Below, piece after piece: positions 41,901 to 54,996 of a stretch of DNA of 64,000 bases. The stretch spans positions 401,929 to 465,928 of the forward strand of contig NIVC01000827.1 of NCBI GenBank assembly GCA_002269645.1. Reading direction: 5' to 3'. The notes beneath the pieces are model-generated. The model ran no database searches, was not told the origin of the DNA, and saw nothing but the letters and a program-made list of their open reading frames with translations. Each line of letters starts with the position of its first letter. Positions within the stretch are counted from its first letter, which is position 1. Source of the stretch: Macrostomum lignano. Its lineage: Eukaryota. The position numbers and the translations under genes are program-made.

Positions 41901-43392
41901 TCCAGCATCAGTCACTTCAGCATCACTCACTCCAGCATCACTCACTACAGCATCACTCACTCCAGCATCACTCACTCCAGCATCACTCACTCCAGCATCA
42001 GTCACTTCAGCATCACTCACTCCAGCATCACTCACTCCAGCATCACTCACTCCAGCATCACTAACTCCAGCATCACTCACTCCAGCATCACTCACTACAG
42101 CATCACTCACTCCAGCATCACTCACTCCAGCATCACTCACTACAGCATCACTCACTCCAGCATCACTCACTCCAGCATCACTCACTCCAGCATCACTCAC
42201 TTCAGCATCACTCACTCCAGCATCACTCACTCCAGCATCACTCACTCCAGCATCAGTCACTCCAGCATCACTCACTCCAGCATCACTCACTCCAGCATCA
42301 CTCACTCCAGCATCACTCACTCCAGCATCACTCACTCCAGCGTCACTCACTCCAGCATCACTAACTCCAGCATCACTCACTCCAGCATCACTCACTACAG
42401 CATCACTCACTCCAGCATCACTCACTCCAGCATCACTCACTACAGCATCACTCACTCCAGCATCACTCACTCCAGCATCACTCACTCCAGCATCACTCAC
42501 TTCAGCATCACTCACTCCAGCATCACTCACTCCAGCATCACTCACTCCAGCATCACTCACTCCAGCATCACTCACTCCAGCATCACTCACTCCAGCATCA
42601 CTCACTCCAGCATCACTCACTCCAGCATCACTCACTCCAGCATCACTCACTCCAGCATCACTCACTCCAGCATCACTCACTCCAGCATCACTCACTCCAG
42701 CATCACTCACTCCAGCATCACTCACTCCAGCATCACTCACTCCAGCATCACTCACTCCAGCATCACTCACTCCAGCATCACTCACTCCAGCATCACTCAC
42801 TCCAGCATCACTCACTCCAGCATCACTCACTCCAGCATCACTCACTCCAGCATCACTCACTCCAGCATCACTCACTCCAGCATCACTCACTCCAGCATCA
42901 CTCACTCCAGCATCACTCACTCCAGCATCACTCACTACAGCATCACTCACTCCAGCATCAGTCACTCCAGCATCACTCACTCCAGCATCACTCACTTCAG
43001 CATCACTCACTCCAGCATCACTCACTCCAGCATCACTCACTCCAGCATCACTCACTCCAGCATCACTCACTCCAGCATCACTCACTCCAGCATCACTCAC
43101 TCCAGCATCACTCACTCCAGCATCACTCACTCCAGCATCACTCACTCCAGCATCACTCACTCCAGCATCACTCACTCCAGCATCACTCACTTCAGCATCA
43201 CTCACTCCAGCATCACTCACTCCAGCATCACTCACTACAGCATCACTCACTCCAGCATCACTCACTCCAGCATCACTCACTCCAGCATCACTCACTCCAG
43301 CATCACTCACTCCAGCATCACTCACTCCAGCATCACTCACTCCAGCATCACTCACTCCAGCATCACTCACTCCAGCATCACTCACTCCAGCA
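38980..43392. repeat. 15-nt minisatellite (CATCACTCACTCCAG)n, about 294 units, with 300-bp and 1755-bp higher-order repeats
   Basis: Direct reading; diagnostic variants recur at fixed offsets. Confidence 0.98.
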
Positions 43393-44908
43393 ACATTCAA
43401 ATAGTTAAATAAATCAAACTTTCTGCATTTTCATAATTTTCTATCTTTATTGCAGCAATTAGCGATACCGATATTTGTCCGGAACAAAGCAAAAAAAATC
43501 TTTCTGCTTCAGCAAATCGGCTTAGCGAACCGTGATCTCCCGAGCCTTGGGAGCTAATGCTAAAATCTATAATCTTCCCAACACTGGGAGTCAGGTAATC
43601 CTATCACGTTTAACTGGATCTCTTCAACATCTGTGGCTAAAAAAGTTTTACAATTCAACTCCCAATGCTTTGCCGTGAAAAATCTGATTTTTAAGCATTA
43701 AAAATTTCTTGGATTGTCAAAGGATATGGTTGATCTTATTAGATTTAACAGCATTGGATTATCGCTTCGTTTAGTGTCAGCTGTGGATAAAATTGTTTAC
43801 AGAACTTCCGACTTATAAGTGCCTCAGTGTCCTTGAATCTGCCTCAGTGTCCTTGAATCTGCCTCAGTATCCTTGAATCTGCCTTAGTATCCTTGAATCT
43901 GCCTTAGTATCCTTGAATCTGCCTTAGTATCCTTGAATCTGCCTCAGTATCCTTGAATCTGCCTCAGTATCCTTGAATCTGCCTTAGTATCCTTGAATCT
44001 GCCTTAGTATCCTTGAATCTGCCTCAGTATCCTTGAATCTGCCTTAGTATCCTTGAATCTGCCTCAGTGTCCTTGAATATGCCTCTCTGATCCTTAAATC
44101 TGCCTCTCTGATCCTTGAATCTGCCTCTCTGATCCTCGAATCTGCCTCTCTGATCCTTAAATCTGCCTCTCTGATCCTTGAATCTGCCTCTCTGATCCTC
44201 GAATCTGCCTCTCTCTGATCCTTGAATCTGCCACAGTATCCTTGAATCTGCCTCAGTGTCCTTGAATCTGCCTCTCTGATCCTTGAATCTGCCACAGTAT
44301 CCTTGAATCTGCCTCAGTGTCCTTGAATCTGCCTCTCTGATCCTTGAATCTGCCTCAGTGTCCTTGAATATGCCTCTCTGATCCTTAAATCTGCCTCTCT
44401 GATCCTTGAATCTGCCTCTCTGATCCTCGAATCTGCCTCTCTGATCCTTAAATCTACCTCTCTGATCCTTGAATCTGCCTCTCTGATCCTCGAATCTGCC
44501 TCTCTCTGATCCTTGAATCTGCCACAGTATCCTTGAATCTGCCTCAGTGTCCTTGAATCTGCCTCAGTGTCCTTGAATCTGCCTCAGTATCCTTGAATCT
44601 GCCTCAGTATATTTGAATCTGCCTCAGTGTCCTTGAATCTGCCTCAGTATCCTTGAATCTGCCTCAGTATCCTTGAATCTGCCTCAGTATCCTTGAATCT
44701 GCCTCAGTATCCTTGAATCTGCCTCAGTATTCTTGAATCTGGCTCAGTATCCTTGAATCTGGCTCAGTATCCTTGAATCTGGCCCAGTGTCCTTGAATCT
44801 GGCTCAGTATATTTGAATCTGCCTCAGTATCCTTGAATCTGCCTCAGTATCCTTGAATCTGCCTCAGTGTCCTTGAATCTGCCTCAGTATCCTTGAATCT
44901 GCCTCAGT

Positions 44909-46215
<1,307 letters not shown>

Positions 46216-46216
<1 letters not shown>

Positions 46217-49200
46217 TGCCGTTCCCAACCCCGTGCCAAACTAGGAGCGGGGCGCTGAGGGCGAACCTTAACGGCCAGCCCAATGATGACACTGCCACCA
46301 GCAACCAAATAAATAATCCGCCGCCGGCGAACCAACCTGTTAACCTGCACATTATTCAGATCAACCTGCACCACGCCCTTGCAGCATCTAGCAACCTTTC
46401 AGGCACCTTTGCCAACAAGGAAGTTGACATCTACCTTATTCAGGAACCGTATACCCGCAAGGGGAAGCCGACCTGCCTGCCGCCAGGCTATCAGGTTCTG
46501 TACCTCTGCGCGAACGACACCCCCAGAGCTATCGCCCTCGTCAAAAACGACCTCCCGGCCACTATTATGCCAATGTTTTGCTCTAAAGACATGTGTACTT
46601 TCTCAGTCTTTGACTTGACCTTCGTTTCCGCTTACCTGGACATTCAGGAGGACGTCCCTCCCCCCCTCCTGCAGGAGCTGGCGGACTTCTGTAATCTCCA
46701 GGATCGGAAGCTTATCGTTAGCTGCGATGCTAACGCCCACAACACTGCCTGGTCTAGTAGCGATACTAACAGGCGCGGTGACTTACTAATTGATTTCATT
46801 AACTCCTCCTCGTTACACATTTGCAACAGAGGCAGCAAACCCACATTTATTGTCTCTAATCGGCGTGAGGTTATCGACCTCACTCTCGTCTCCAACAACG
46901 CCCTCAATCAGGTCCACAGCTGGCTGGTTAGGGATGACCTCCCATCGCTTTCCGACCACTCGTACATTCAGTACAGCATCAGCTCCGTCGGAGCCCGTCA
47001 TGAGAACCGGGACCGCCTTAATTTGAAAAAGGCCGACTGGACAGGTTTTCGAAGAGACCTGCTAAAACTCCTGACCGAAGCCAACTTACCGGACTCCAGC
47101 GAGGATCTCCCTGGCATTGAGCATCGGTGCAACTCCCTCGTTGAGATCCTAAACACCGCCATACGCGCTAACGCCCCTAAGCTGTTTTGCAGGAAGAAAT
47201 ACTCTCCTTGGTGGAGTCAAGAGCTCACTCGCATGAAGAAAAACACCCGCCGACTGCAACGCCTCGCAAACGGCTCGAATACCCCAGAGGATTGGGAGAA
47301 CTACCACTCTGCTCTGAGGATGTACAAAAGTGCTATCCGAAGGGCTAAGAAGACCACCTGGAAAGCCTACTGCGCCGGCCTGGAAGGGCAACACCCCACA
47401 GCCCGGCTGGTCAGGACTCTCAGGCACGACACGCTAGCTCAGTGTAACTCCCTTCTGCACCTGGATGGTAACTACACTACCAGTGCCGAAGGTTCGCTAA
47501 ATCTTCTTTTCTCCACCTGCTTTCCGCAGGTTGACGAACCGGAGTACGTGGTCGATGACCACAGGCCTTGTGATCACAAGCTTTTCCAGCAGTGCGCCAC
47601 CCCCAGCTACTCCAGCTGGCAGCAAATTCTTTTAAACCGTATAAATCGTCTGGCCCTGACAATATCGCCCCCTGTATCCTGCAGGAGGCGCTAAAGCTGC
47701 AAAACTTTGCTGATTCTTTCTCTAAATTGCTTGTTGACTGTTATACCACAGGTTACATTCCCACAATCTGGAGAATGTCCAGAGTCGTGTTCATCCCGAA
47801 ACCTGCTAAGGGTGACTACACCAACGTGAAATCCTTCCGGCCCATCAGCCTCACTTCCTTTTGTGTTAAGCTGATGGAGAGGCTCATCCTGTGGAGGCTT
47901 CGAGAGTGCGACCTGCGCTCCGACCCTGTCAGTAAGTACCAGTACGCCTTCCAGCCTGGGAGGACGACTGAGCATGCTCTCCACGCCATTACCTCCAAAA
48001 TTGAGAGTGCCATCCTTAGCAAACAACTCGCTTGCGGGTTGTTCGTTGACTTCGAAGGAGCATTTGACAATGTCCTCTTCCGCTCCTTCAGAAATTCTCT
48101 TTCCCGCAGGAATGTAAGACACAGCATTGTTCGCTGGATTTATTTTATGATCCGCAAAAGGTTTGTGACATCCACACTTATGGGCGTTACCCTCACCCGG
48201 GCGGTGATGAAAGGCGGCCCGCAAGGTGGCGTGCTAACTCCACTTCTCTGGAATCTCGTCATGGACGAACTTCTAACCGCTGACATTCCCAGCAGTATCA
48301 CCAGGGCGGGCTACGCCGATGACGTTGCCGCGGTCGTCAGCGGACCCGACCCCGCCACTCTGCGCAACCTGATGCAGCAATTCGCCGACAAGGCGGCCGA
48401 CTGGGCTACACAGCATGGCCTAAAAATCAGCGTCACTAAGACTGTCGCTGTCGTTTTCACCAAGCGCCGTAAATGGGAGATGAAAAACCTCACTGTCTAT
48501 GGCAGAAACATCCCCTTCAAGAAGGAGGTCAAATACCTCGGTGTGACGCTAACGCATGACCTGCGCTGGACGAAGCACCTTGATAACGTCATCGGTCGGG
48601 CAAAACGCTGCTTTGCCCAGCTGCGCAGAGCCATCGGGCCGACTTGGGGCCTCTCGCCTAGAACGGTCCGTTGGATTTATACCGGCATCATCCGGCCCAG
48701 TATCACATACGCGAGTCTCATCTGGACTAGCGTGCTGGAGCAGAAGGCCGCCCGTCAGCGGCTGTACCAGCTTCAGGGCAGCATTTGCCGTGCCATCACA
48801 GGTGCGTACCCGTCCACCCCTTACGAGGGGCTGAACACTATCCTTAACCTACCTCCGCTTCACCTATTTATTAGGGCGGAGGCTATGAAGTCTGCCTCCC
48901 GGCTTATCAGAGATAAAACGTTAAATAACGCGCCCTCTGGCTTTATGCCAATGAAAACATTAATCCCGCATATGGACTTTGTCCGCCGCGACCTTAACAA
49001 CATCCACATGGACCTGGGCAATGTGGATAGTCGACCTCCCGCCCTCAACATCAGGAGGGGCTTCAAGACCGCCATCCCTGGCCGAGACAACATTCCGCTG
49101 GATGTCGGTGTGAACCGGCGCAGCCAGGGCATTCACTGCTTCACCGACGGCTCGCTGTTCAACGGCCGCGCTGGAGCGGGTATTGCCATTTTCCACGAGG

Positions 49201-50033
49201 GTAAGATGCTTCTCCAGGAAAGTCTGCACCTCGGTGAGAACACCTCAGTTTTCCAAGCTGAAATTTGCGCCATTGAGCAGTGTGCCCAGCAACTGTTTCA
49301 GGCGAACATTAATAATTTTGACATTAATTTCTACACTGATAGCCAAGCTGCTATTAAGGCCTTAACCACTGAGAATATCTCCGCTGCTACAGTATCTCAA
49401 TGCCACCGCAGTGTGCAATCTCTCTCAGTCCTTAACAGGATTAGAATTATCTGGACACCTGGTCACAGCAACATCCTGGGCAACGAGCTCGCGGACTCTC
49501 TCGCCAAGGAGGGCAGCAACCCAGACGGCAACCACCGTCTGATGAGGCTACCCACCCCCAGGTCGCAAGTCACCCGCCATATCAACAGGTGGCTCCATCA
49601 GCAGCACCAGCTCCACTGGAACAGCTGCACCGAGTACAGGCAGAGCCGCTCTGCCATGCCTAACCTGAACAGGAAAGTCTCTGATTATCTGATTTCGCTT
49701 AACAGAACCGACCTCAGGGAGATGTGCATGGTCCTAACCGGCCACGGATTCTTCCAGAGACATATATCGTTGCAAACCGGTTGCCCTCCCACCTGTCCCT
49801 TCTGTGGCATAGGAGAGGAGACCGCGGAGCATCACGTCACCTTCTGCCCTTACTTCAACAAGGCGCGGCACAAATACCTCGGCCACCCCCAGCGGATGGA
49901 CGAGCTGACCACCGCGGACAATATCCGAGACCTCCGCGCCTTCGTCCGGGACTCCGGCCGGATGAGGGTCGCCGATGCCTCCACTGCGGACCTGCCGACT
50001 ACTGGCGGGGACTGGGCGCACCCCCAAGGCTAA
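46216..50033 (+). CDS. LINE ORF2 (APE endonuclease, RT, RNase H, CCHC), split by a 1-nt frameshift at ~47600-47604
   Basis: APE: QINLHH, QEPY, CDANAH, IDLTL, SDHSYI. RT: [47 protein letters not shown]. RNase H: [27 protein letters not shown]. Zn motif CPFC...EHHVTFC. One extra C in the C5 run fuses the two track ORFs into about 1272 aa. Confidence 0.93.
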
Positions 50034-50120
50034 TCCTTGTGCTCTTTTACCTTGGGGTTGCGATAGGGGCCTCACGGCCTATTCGCGGCGCCTGCGCCCC
50101 CCGTCAGTATTAAGTAAGTA

Positions 50121-50445
50121 AGTATCCTTGAATCTGCCTCAGTATCCTTGAATCTGACTCAGTATCCTTGAATCTGCTTCAGTGTCCTTGAATCTGCCTC
50201 ACTGATCCTTGAATCTGCCCCACTGATCCTTGAATCTGCCCCACTGATCCTTGAATCTGCCCCACCGATCCTTGAATCTGCCTCACTGATCCTTGAATCT
50301 GCCTGTGTCTTTAAATCTGCTTCAGTGGCCTTGAATCTGCCTCAGTATCCTTGAATCTGGCTCAGTCTCCTTGAATCTGGCTCAGTATCCTTGAATCTGC
50401 CTCAGTGTCCTTGAATCTGGCTCAGTATCCTTGAATCTGCCTCTG
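50121..50445. repeat. Same AGTATCCTTGAATCTGCCTC family directly 3' of the LINE tail
   Basis: Direct reading; 50205-50445 belongs to the duplication. Confidence 0.95.
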
Positions 50446-50672
50446 ATAATTAAATCTGCCGAATATTTTGTCTACTTCAGTTCCCAAAGAAATTAACTCC
50501 TCACCTTAACGCTGATCGTCATGCTGGCAGTCCTGGGATCGGGCTGGTGACCATCGACAGCCCGAACCTCCAGACTGAAGACCTGTTGCCTCTCTGCATC
50601 CAAACTGCTGGCCAGCCGGATCTCTCCGCTGACTGAATCGATTCTGAACGGCTGCTGCAGGGGGTCGCCAAC
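50205..50672 (+). repeat. Right copy of the 468-bp direct duplication
   Basis: Same sequence as 44909-45376. Continues into the rest of intact exon 2. Confidence 0.92.
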
Positions 50673-50777
50673 TGAGCGAAGACTGTAACGCAGTCTGCTC
50701 AGCTGGCCTTCCTGCTCGTCTGGGTCCGTGGCTCGAACCCTGTACACCACTGAGTTCACGGTGGCGTTTTCCGGGAT
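50505..50777 (-). CDS. Protocadherin exon 2 (EC3)
   Basis: ccacAG|ATC acceptor. IPENATVNSVVYRVRATDPDEQ...LDAERQQ...AVDG...ISVK. Donor GTGAGG. 273 nt, phase 0/0. Confidence 0.92.
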
Positions 50778-50831
50778 CTGTGGCCGGATTGGGATATGAG
50801 AGACGCTATTAGGGTGGGAAATTTTCAACTA

Positions 50832-52117
50832 CACCCTCCTCACTTGCACTCTCCTCACCTGCACCTCGAAGTCGGCACCCTCCTCACCTGCACCTCGAAG
50901 TCGGCACCCTCCTCACCTGCACCCTTCTAACCTGAACCCTCCTCACCTGCACCCTCCTCACCTGCACCCTCCTCACCTGCACCCTCCTCACCTGCACTCT
51001 CCTCACCTGCACCCTCCTCACCTGCACCCTCCACACCTGAACCCTCCTCACCTGCACCCTCCTCACCTGCACCCTTCTCACCTGCACCCTCCTCACCTGC
51101 ACCCCGAAGTCGGCACCCTCCTCACCTGCACCCTCCTCACCTGCACCCTCCACACCTGAACCCTCCTCACCTGCACCCTTCTCACCTGCACCCTCCACAC
51201 CTGAACCCTCCTCACCTGCACCCTCCTCACCTGCACCCTCCACACCTGAACCCTCCTCACCTGCACCCTCCTCACCTGCACCCTCCTCACCTGAACCCTC
51301 CTCACCTGCACCCTCCTCACCTGCACCCTCCTCACCTGCACCTTCCTCACCTGCATCCTCATCACCTGCACCCCGAAGTCGGCACCCTCCTCACCTGCAC
51401 CCTTCTCACCTGCACCCTCCTCACCTGCACCCTCCTCACCTGCACCCTCCTCACCTGCACCCTCCTCACCTGCACCCTCCTCACCTGCACCCTCCACACC
51501 TGAACCCTCCTCACCTGCACCCTCCTCACCTGCACCCTCCTCACCTGCACCCTCCACACCTGAACCCTCCTCACCTGCACCCTCCTCACCTGCACCCTCC
51601 TCACCTGAACCCTCCTCACCTGCACCCTCCTCACCTGCACCCTCCTCACCTGCACCCTCCTCACCTGAACCCTCCTCACCTGCACCCTCCACACCTGAAC
51701 CCTCCTCACCTGCACCCTCCTCACCTGCACCCTTCTCACCTGCACCCTCCTCACCTGCACCCTCCTCACCTGCACCCTCCTCACCTGCACCCTCCTCACC
51801 TGCACCCTCCTCACCTGCACCCTCCACACCTGAACCCTCCTCACCTGCACCCTCCTCACCTGCACCCTCCTCACCTGAACCCTCCTCACCTGCACCCTCC
51901 TCACCTGCACCCTCCTCACCTGCACCCTCCACACCTGAACCCTCCTCACCTGCACCCTCCTCACCTGCACCCTCCTCACCTGCACCCTCCTCACCTGCAC
52001 CCTCCTCACCTGCACCCTCCTCACCTGCACCCTCCTCACCTGCACCCTCCTCACCTGCACCCTCCTCACCTGCACTCTCCTCACCTGCACTCTCCTCACC
52101 TGCACCCCGAAGTCGGC
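50832..52117. repeat. 15-nt minisatellite (CCTCCTCACCTGCAC)n; minus strand GTGCAG|GTGAGGAGG
   Basis: Direct reading; about 85 units. Confidence 0.97.
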
Positions 52118-52689
52118 ACGCACACAAATATTGTTATAAATACATATAAAGACATATAAACTTTATAAAAAAGCAATTAAACTTTTTTAAATGCGATTTA
52201 ATTAACAAAAAATTTGCTCTCAGTTGGACACCTAGAGCCGGATGCAAAATAGCAGAACTAACAATTTGATGTTAGAAGTTTTCTTCTATTTTTTCTTGGC
52301 ATTGACTACGAGTGGAGCAGCTTCAACACTCCATTCGGGTGTGAGAAGCATTAGGCTCAGCTCTTTTCTCTTATGCCCTCATCTTCCTCCGGCTGACTCT
52401 CGCGAAAAAGGTCATTCAAAACGACACTCGACCGTAACTTGACACTTGGCCCTAAAACTGACACGAGCATCGTGCCAAAAAACTTATTTTATTATTTCGT
52501 CACCTCATCTGTATGGAGCAAGTGTTTAGCCCTGGCTACAGGTGATTTTCCTATCTAACAGGGTAAGTTTAATGGTTATAAGAAGTCTAAGTGCGTCTGG
52601 GTTCTCCCACACTTCCTTTCTGCAGCTAATTGTTGCTTTCCGAACTGCATCTCTGGTTTTCATTGGTGATAACCGTCTCTGCAAACCAA

Positions 52690-53190
52690 TCTCTCCGACT
52701 CTCCATCTCCCTCTCTCCCTCTTCCTCTCCTTATATCCATGTCTCCCCATCTCCCCGTCTTCCTCTCCCTGTCTACCTATCTCCCTGTCTCCCTCTCCCT
52801 GTCTGTCTGTCTGTCTCCCTGTCTCCCTGTCTCCCCGTCTCTTCTCTTCCTGTCTCCCTCTCTCCCTCTCCCTCTCTCCCTCTCTCCCTCTCTCCCTGTT
52901 TCTCTGTCTCCCTCTCTCCGTCTCTCCCTCTCCCTCTCTTCCTCTCTCCCTCTCTCCCTCTCTCCCTGTCTCCCTGTCTCCCTGTCTCCCTCTCCCTGTC
53001 TGCCTGTCTACCTGTCTCCCTGTCTGTCTCCCTGTCTCTCTGTCTCTTCTCTTCCTGTCTCCCTCTCTCCTTCTCTCCCTCTCTCCCTCTCTCCCTCTCC
53101 CTGTCTCCCTGTCTCCCTGTCTTCCTCTCACCCCTCTCCCTCTATCCCTCTTTCCCTATCTGCCACTCTCCTTCTCCCCCTCCAGCCCAG
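52690..53190. repeat. Degenerate CT-rich array (CTCCCT/CTGTCTCC)
   Basis: Direct reading. Confidence 0.85.
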
Positions 53191-53198
53191 CCTCTCAC

Positions 53199-54026
53199 CG
53201 ACAGCGGAACCAGCCGCCTCCCATTCTCAAACTGCGGCTCAAAGTCGTTGGTGTTCTCCACCGCCAGTCGCACTGTGAGATTCGAATGCAGCCTCCTCGG
53301 CTCGCCCTCATCGCTGGCGTGCACCGTCAGCTCAATGATCCTGACTCCGCGCTCTTCGCCCTCCAGATCGATGTCGCCGACCACCCTCAGCTCCGGCGTG
53401 CCTTCGTCTCCATTGACCAGCGAGAACTTTGAGTACGGGCTGGAGTACCGCAGGCCGTCAGGGAAACTGTACGTCACGGAGCCGTTCCGCCCCGCATCCG
53501 GGTCCGTGGCTCTGGGCAGCAGGATCCTGGCCTGCCTGTCGTGCTCCCGAATCAAAGAATGAAACACGCCGCGACTGCTCAAGGTTAAAAACTCTGGCGG
53601 ATTATCGTTGATATCCTCGATTAGCACCTGCACGTTGATCAGCCGCATCCCGGCAGCGTCTTTTGGATCCGACTGGAACATTGCCGTCACCTCAACTTGA
53701 CAAACTCGATTAGGATTGGTTCGACAGTCTCTGATTGATTCTCTGTCGATTGGCTGGTTGACAACCAGCAGCCCGGTGCTGCGGTGCAGCTCGAACAGAT
53801 TCGCTGCCGGGTCACTTGACTGCTGCTCGATCAGCTGGTAGAGTCCAGTTGAAGATGCCGGAGGTGGTGACTGGACTCTCAGGTTGCAGACTAGGCTGCC
53901 CTTCGGCTGCTCCTCAACCACCGAACAGCGAGCCTGCTCACTTGAGCATCTTATTGGATGAGGCCGGAGAAGCAGTAGAAGCAGCAATAGCGGAAACTGG
54001 TAGAGATGAGGCAAGAAAACTGACAT
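53199..54026 (-). CDS. Protocadherin, first coding exon (signal peptide, EC1, EC2)
   Basis: ATG at 54026, hydrophobic leader PLLLLLLLLRP, cadherin motifs DRES, EDINDNPP, ATDPDAGRNG, ENTNDFEP. Donor GTGAGA follows 53199, phase 0. Confidence 0.92.
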
Positions 54027-54157
54027 TTGACTTCTGTGTGAAACAGTCTCTGATTGAGTCTCACAGTACTTATGGGTGGCCTTAGAACAACTGCAATATG
54101 GATTAAAGGGGATGAGAATATTAGCTTGATACTTGCTGCAATCCAGAGTTTAACTTT

Positions 54158-54462
54158 ATCCCATCCCACACTCTAGCCCACACTCTATCATCCCACACTC
54201 TATCATCCCACATTTTATCATCCCACACTATCATCCCACACTCTATCCCACACTCTATCTTACACTCATCCCACACTCTATCCCACACTATATCCCACAC
54301 TCTATCCCACATTCTATCATCCCACACTCTATCCCACACTCTAGCATCCCACACTCTATCATCCCACACTCTATCATCCCACATTTTATCATCCCACACT
54401 CTATCATCCCACACTCTATCCCACACACTATCCCACACTCAATCCCACACTCTATCCCACAC
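54158..54462. repeat. 12/15-nt repeat (ATCCCACACTCT[ATC])n
   Basis: Direct reading. Confidence 0.9.
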
Positions 54463-54701
54463 ATATTTTCAACTCAACATCTCTGCTTATGAATCGCCAG
54501 CCCTGCAAAAAATGGAGAAAAATTGTACAAAAAAACCTGCCACCTCTTTTTTATTGACCTGTCGAATTTGATGTGGGCGCTCACGCGAGCGGCCTCTGCC
54601 CTTCATTGGGACGATTAAAAATGAGTAAAGCCTACAATGTGCAATTAGTGAATGAAATTCTCAATAAAGACTGAAAACTCTCCCTCTAGCCAGCCAGAGA
54701 T

Positions 54702-54709
54702 TGACGTCA
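54702..54709. promoter_or_regulatory. Perfect CRE palindrome TGACGTCA, about 680 nt upstream of the protocadherin ATG
   Basis: Motif match only, in a short unique island. Function untested. Confidence 0.25.
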
Positions 54710-54996
54710 GCTGGAGGGCCTCGTATTTCTAAGAAATTATAGGACTTAAAAATATATAGTGAGAAGACTGAGAGACCGGGGCGGTTGGGCGAAGTGAATT
54801 ATTGATTTTGAGAGGCCCGCGAGAACTGAGTAGAACGGGGGAGCATTTCGCTACTCATTATTGGATGGAGACAGACGATTCGATTAAATTGGGAATCTTC
54901 GGTCTTTATAGAGGGAGTTAATTTTTTATGTCAAATTATTCCAGTGCTATCTCAGTCTCTGATGATGCCACAGTTCTTTTATTTTTTTCATAGTCT

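Noticed and set aside
38970-43400. 1476-aa GVSDA-repeat ORF
   Set aside because: It is the one stop-free frame of a 15-nt satellite, has a TTG start, and lies wholly in a protocadherin intron.
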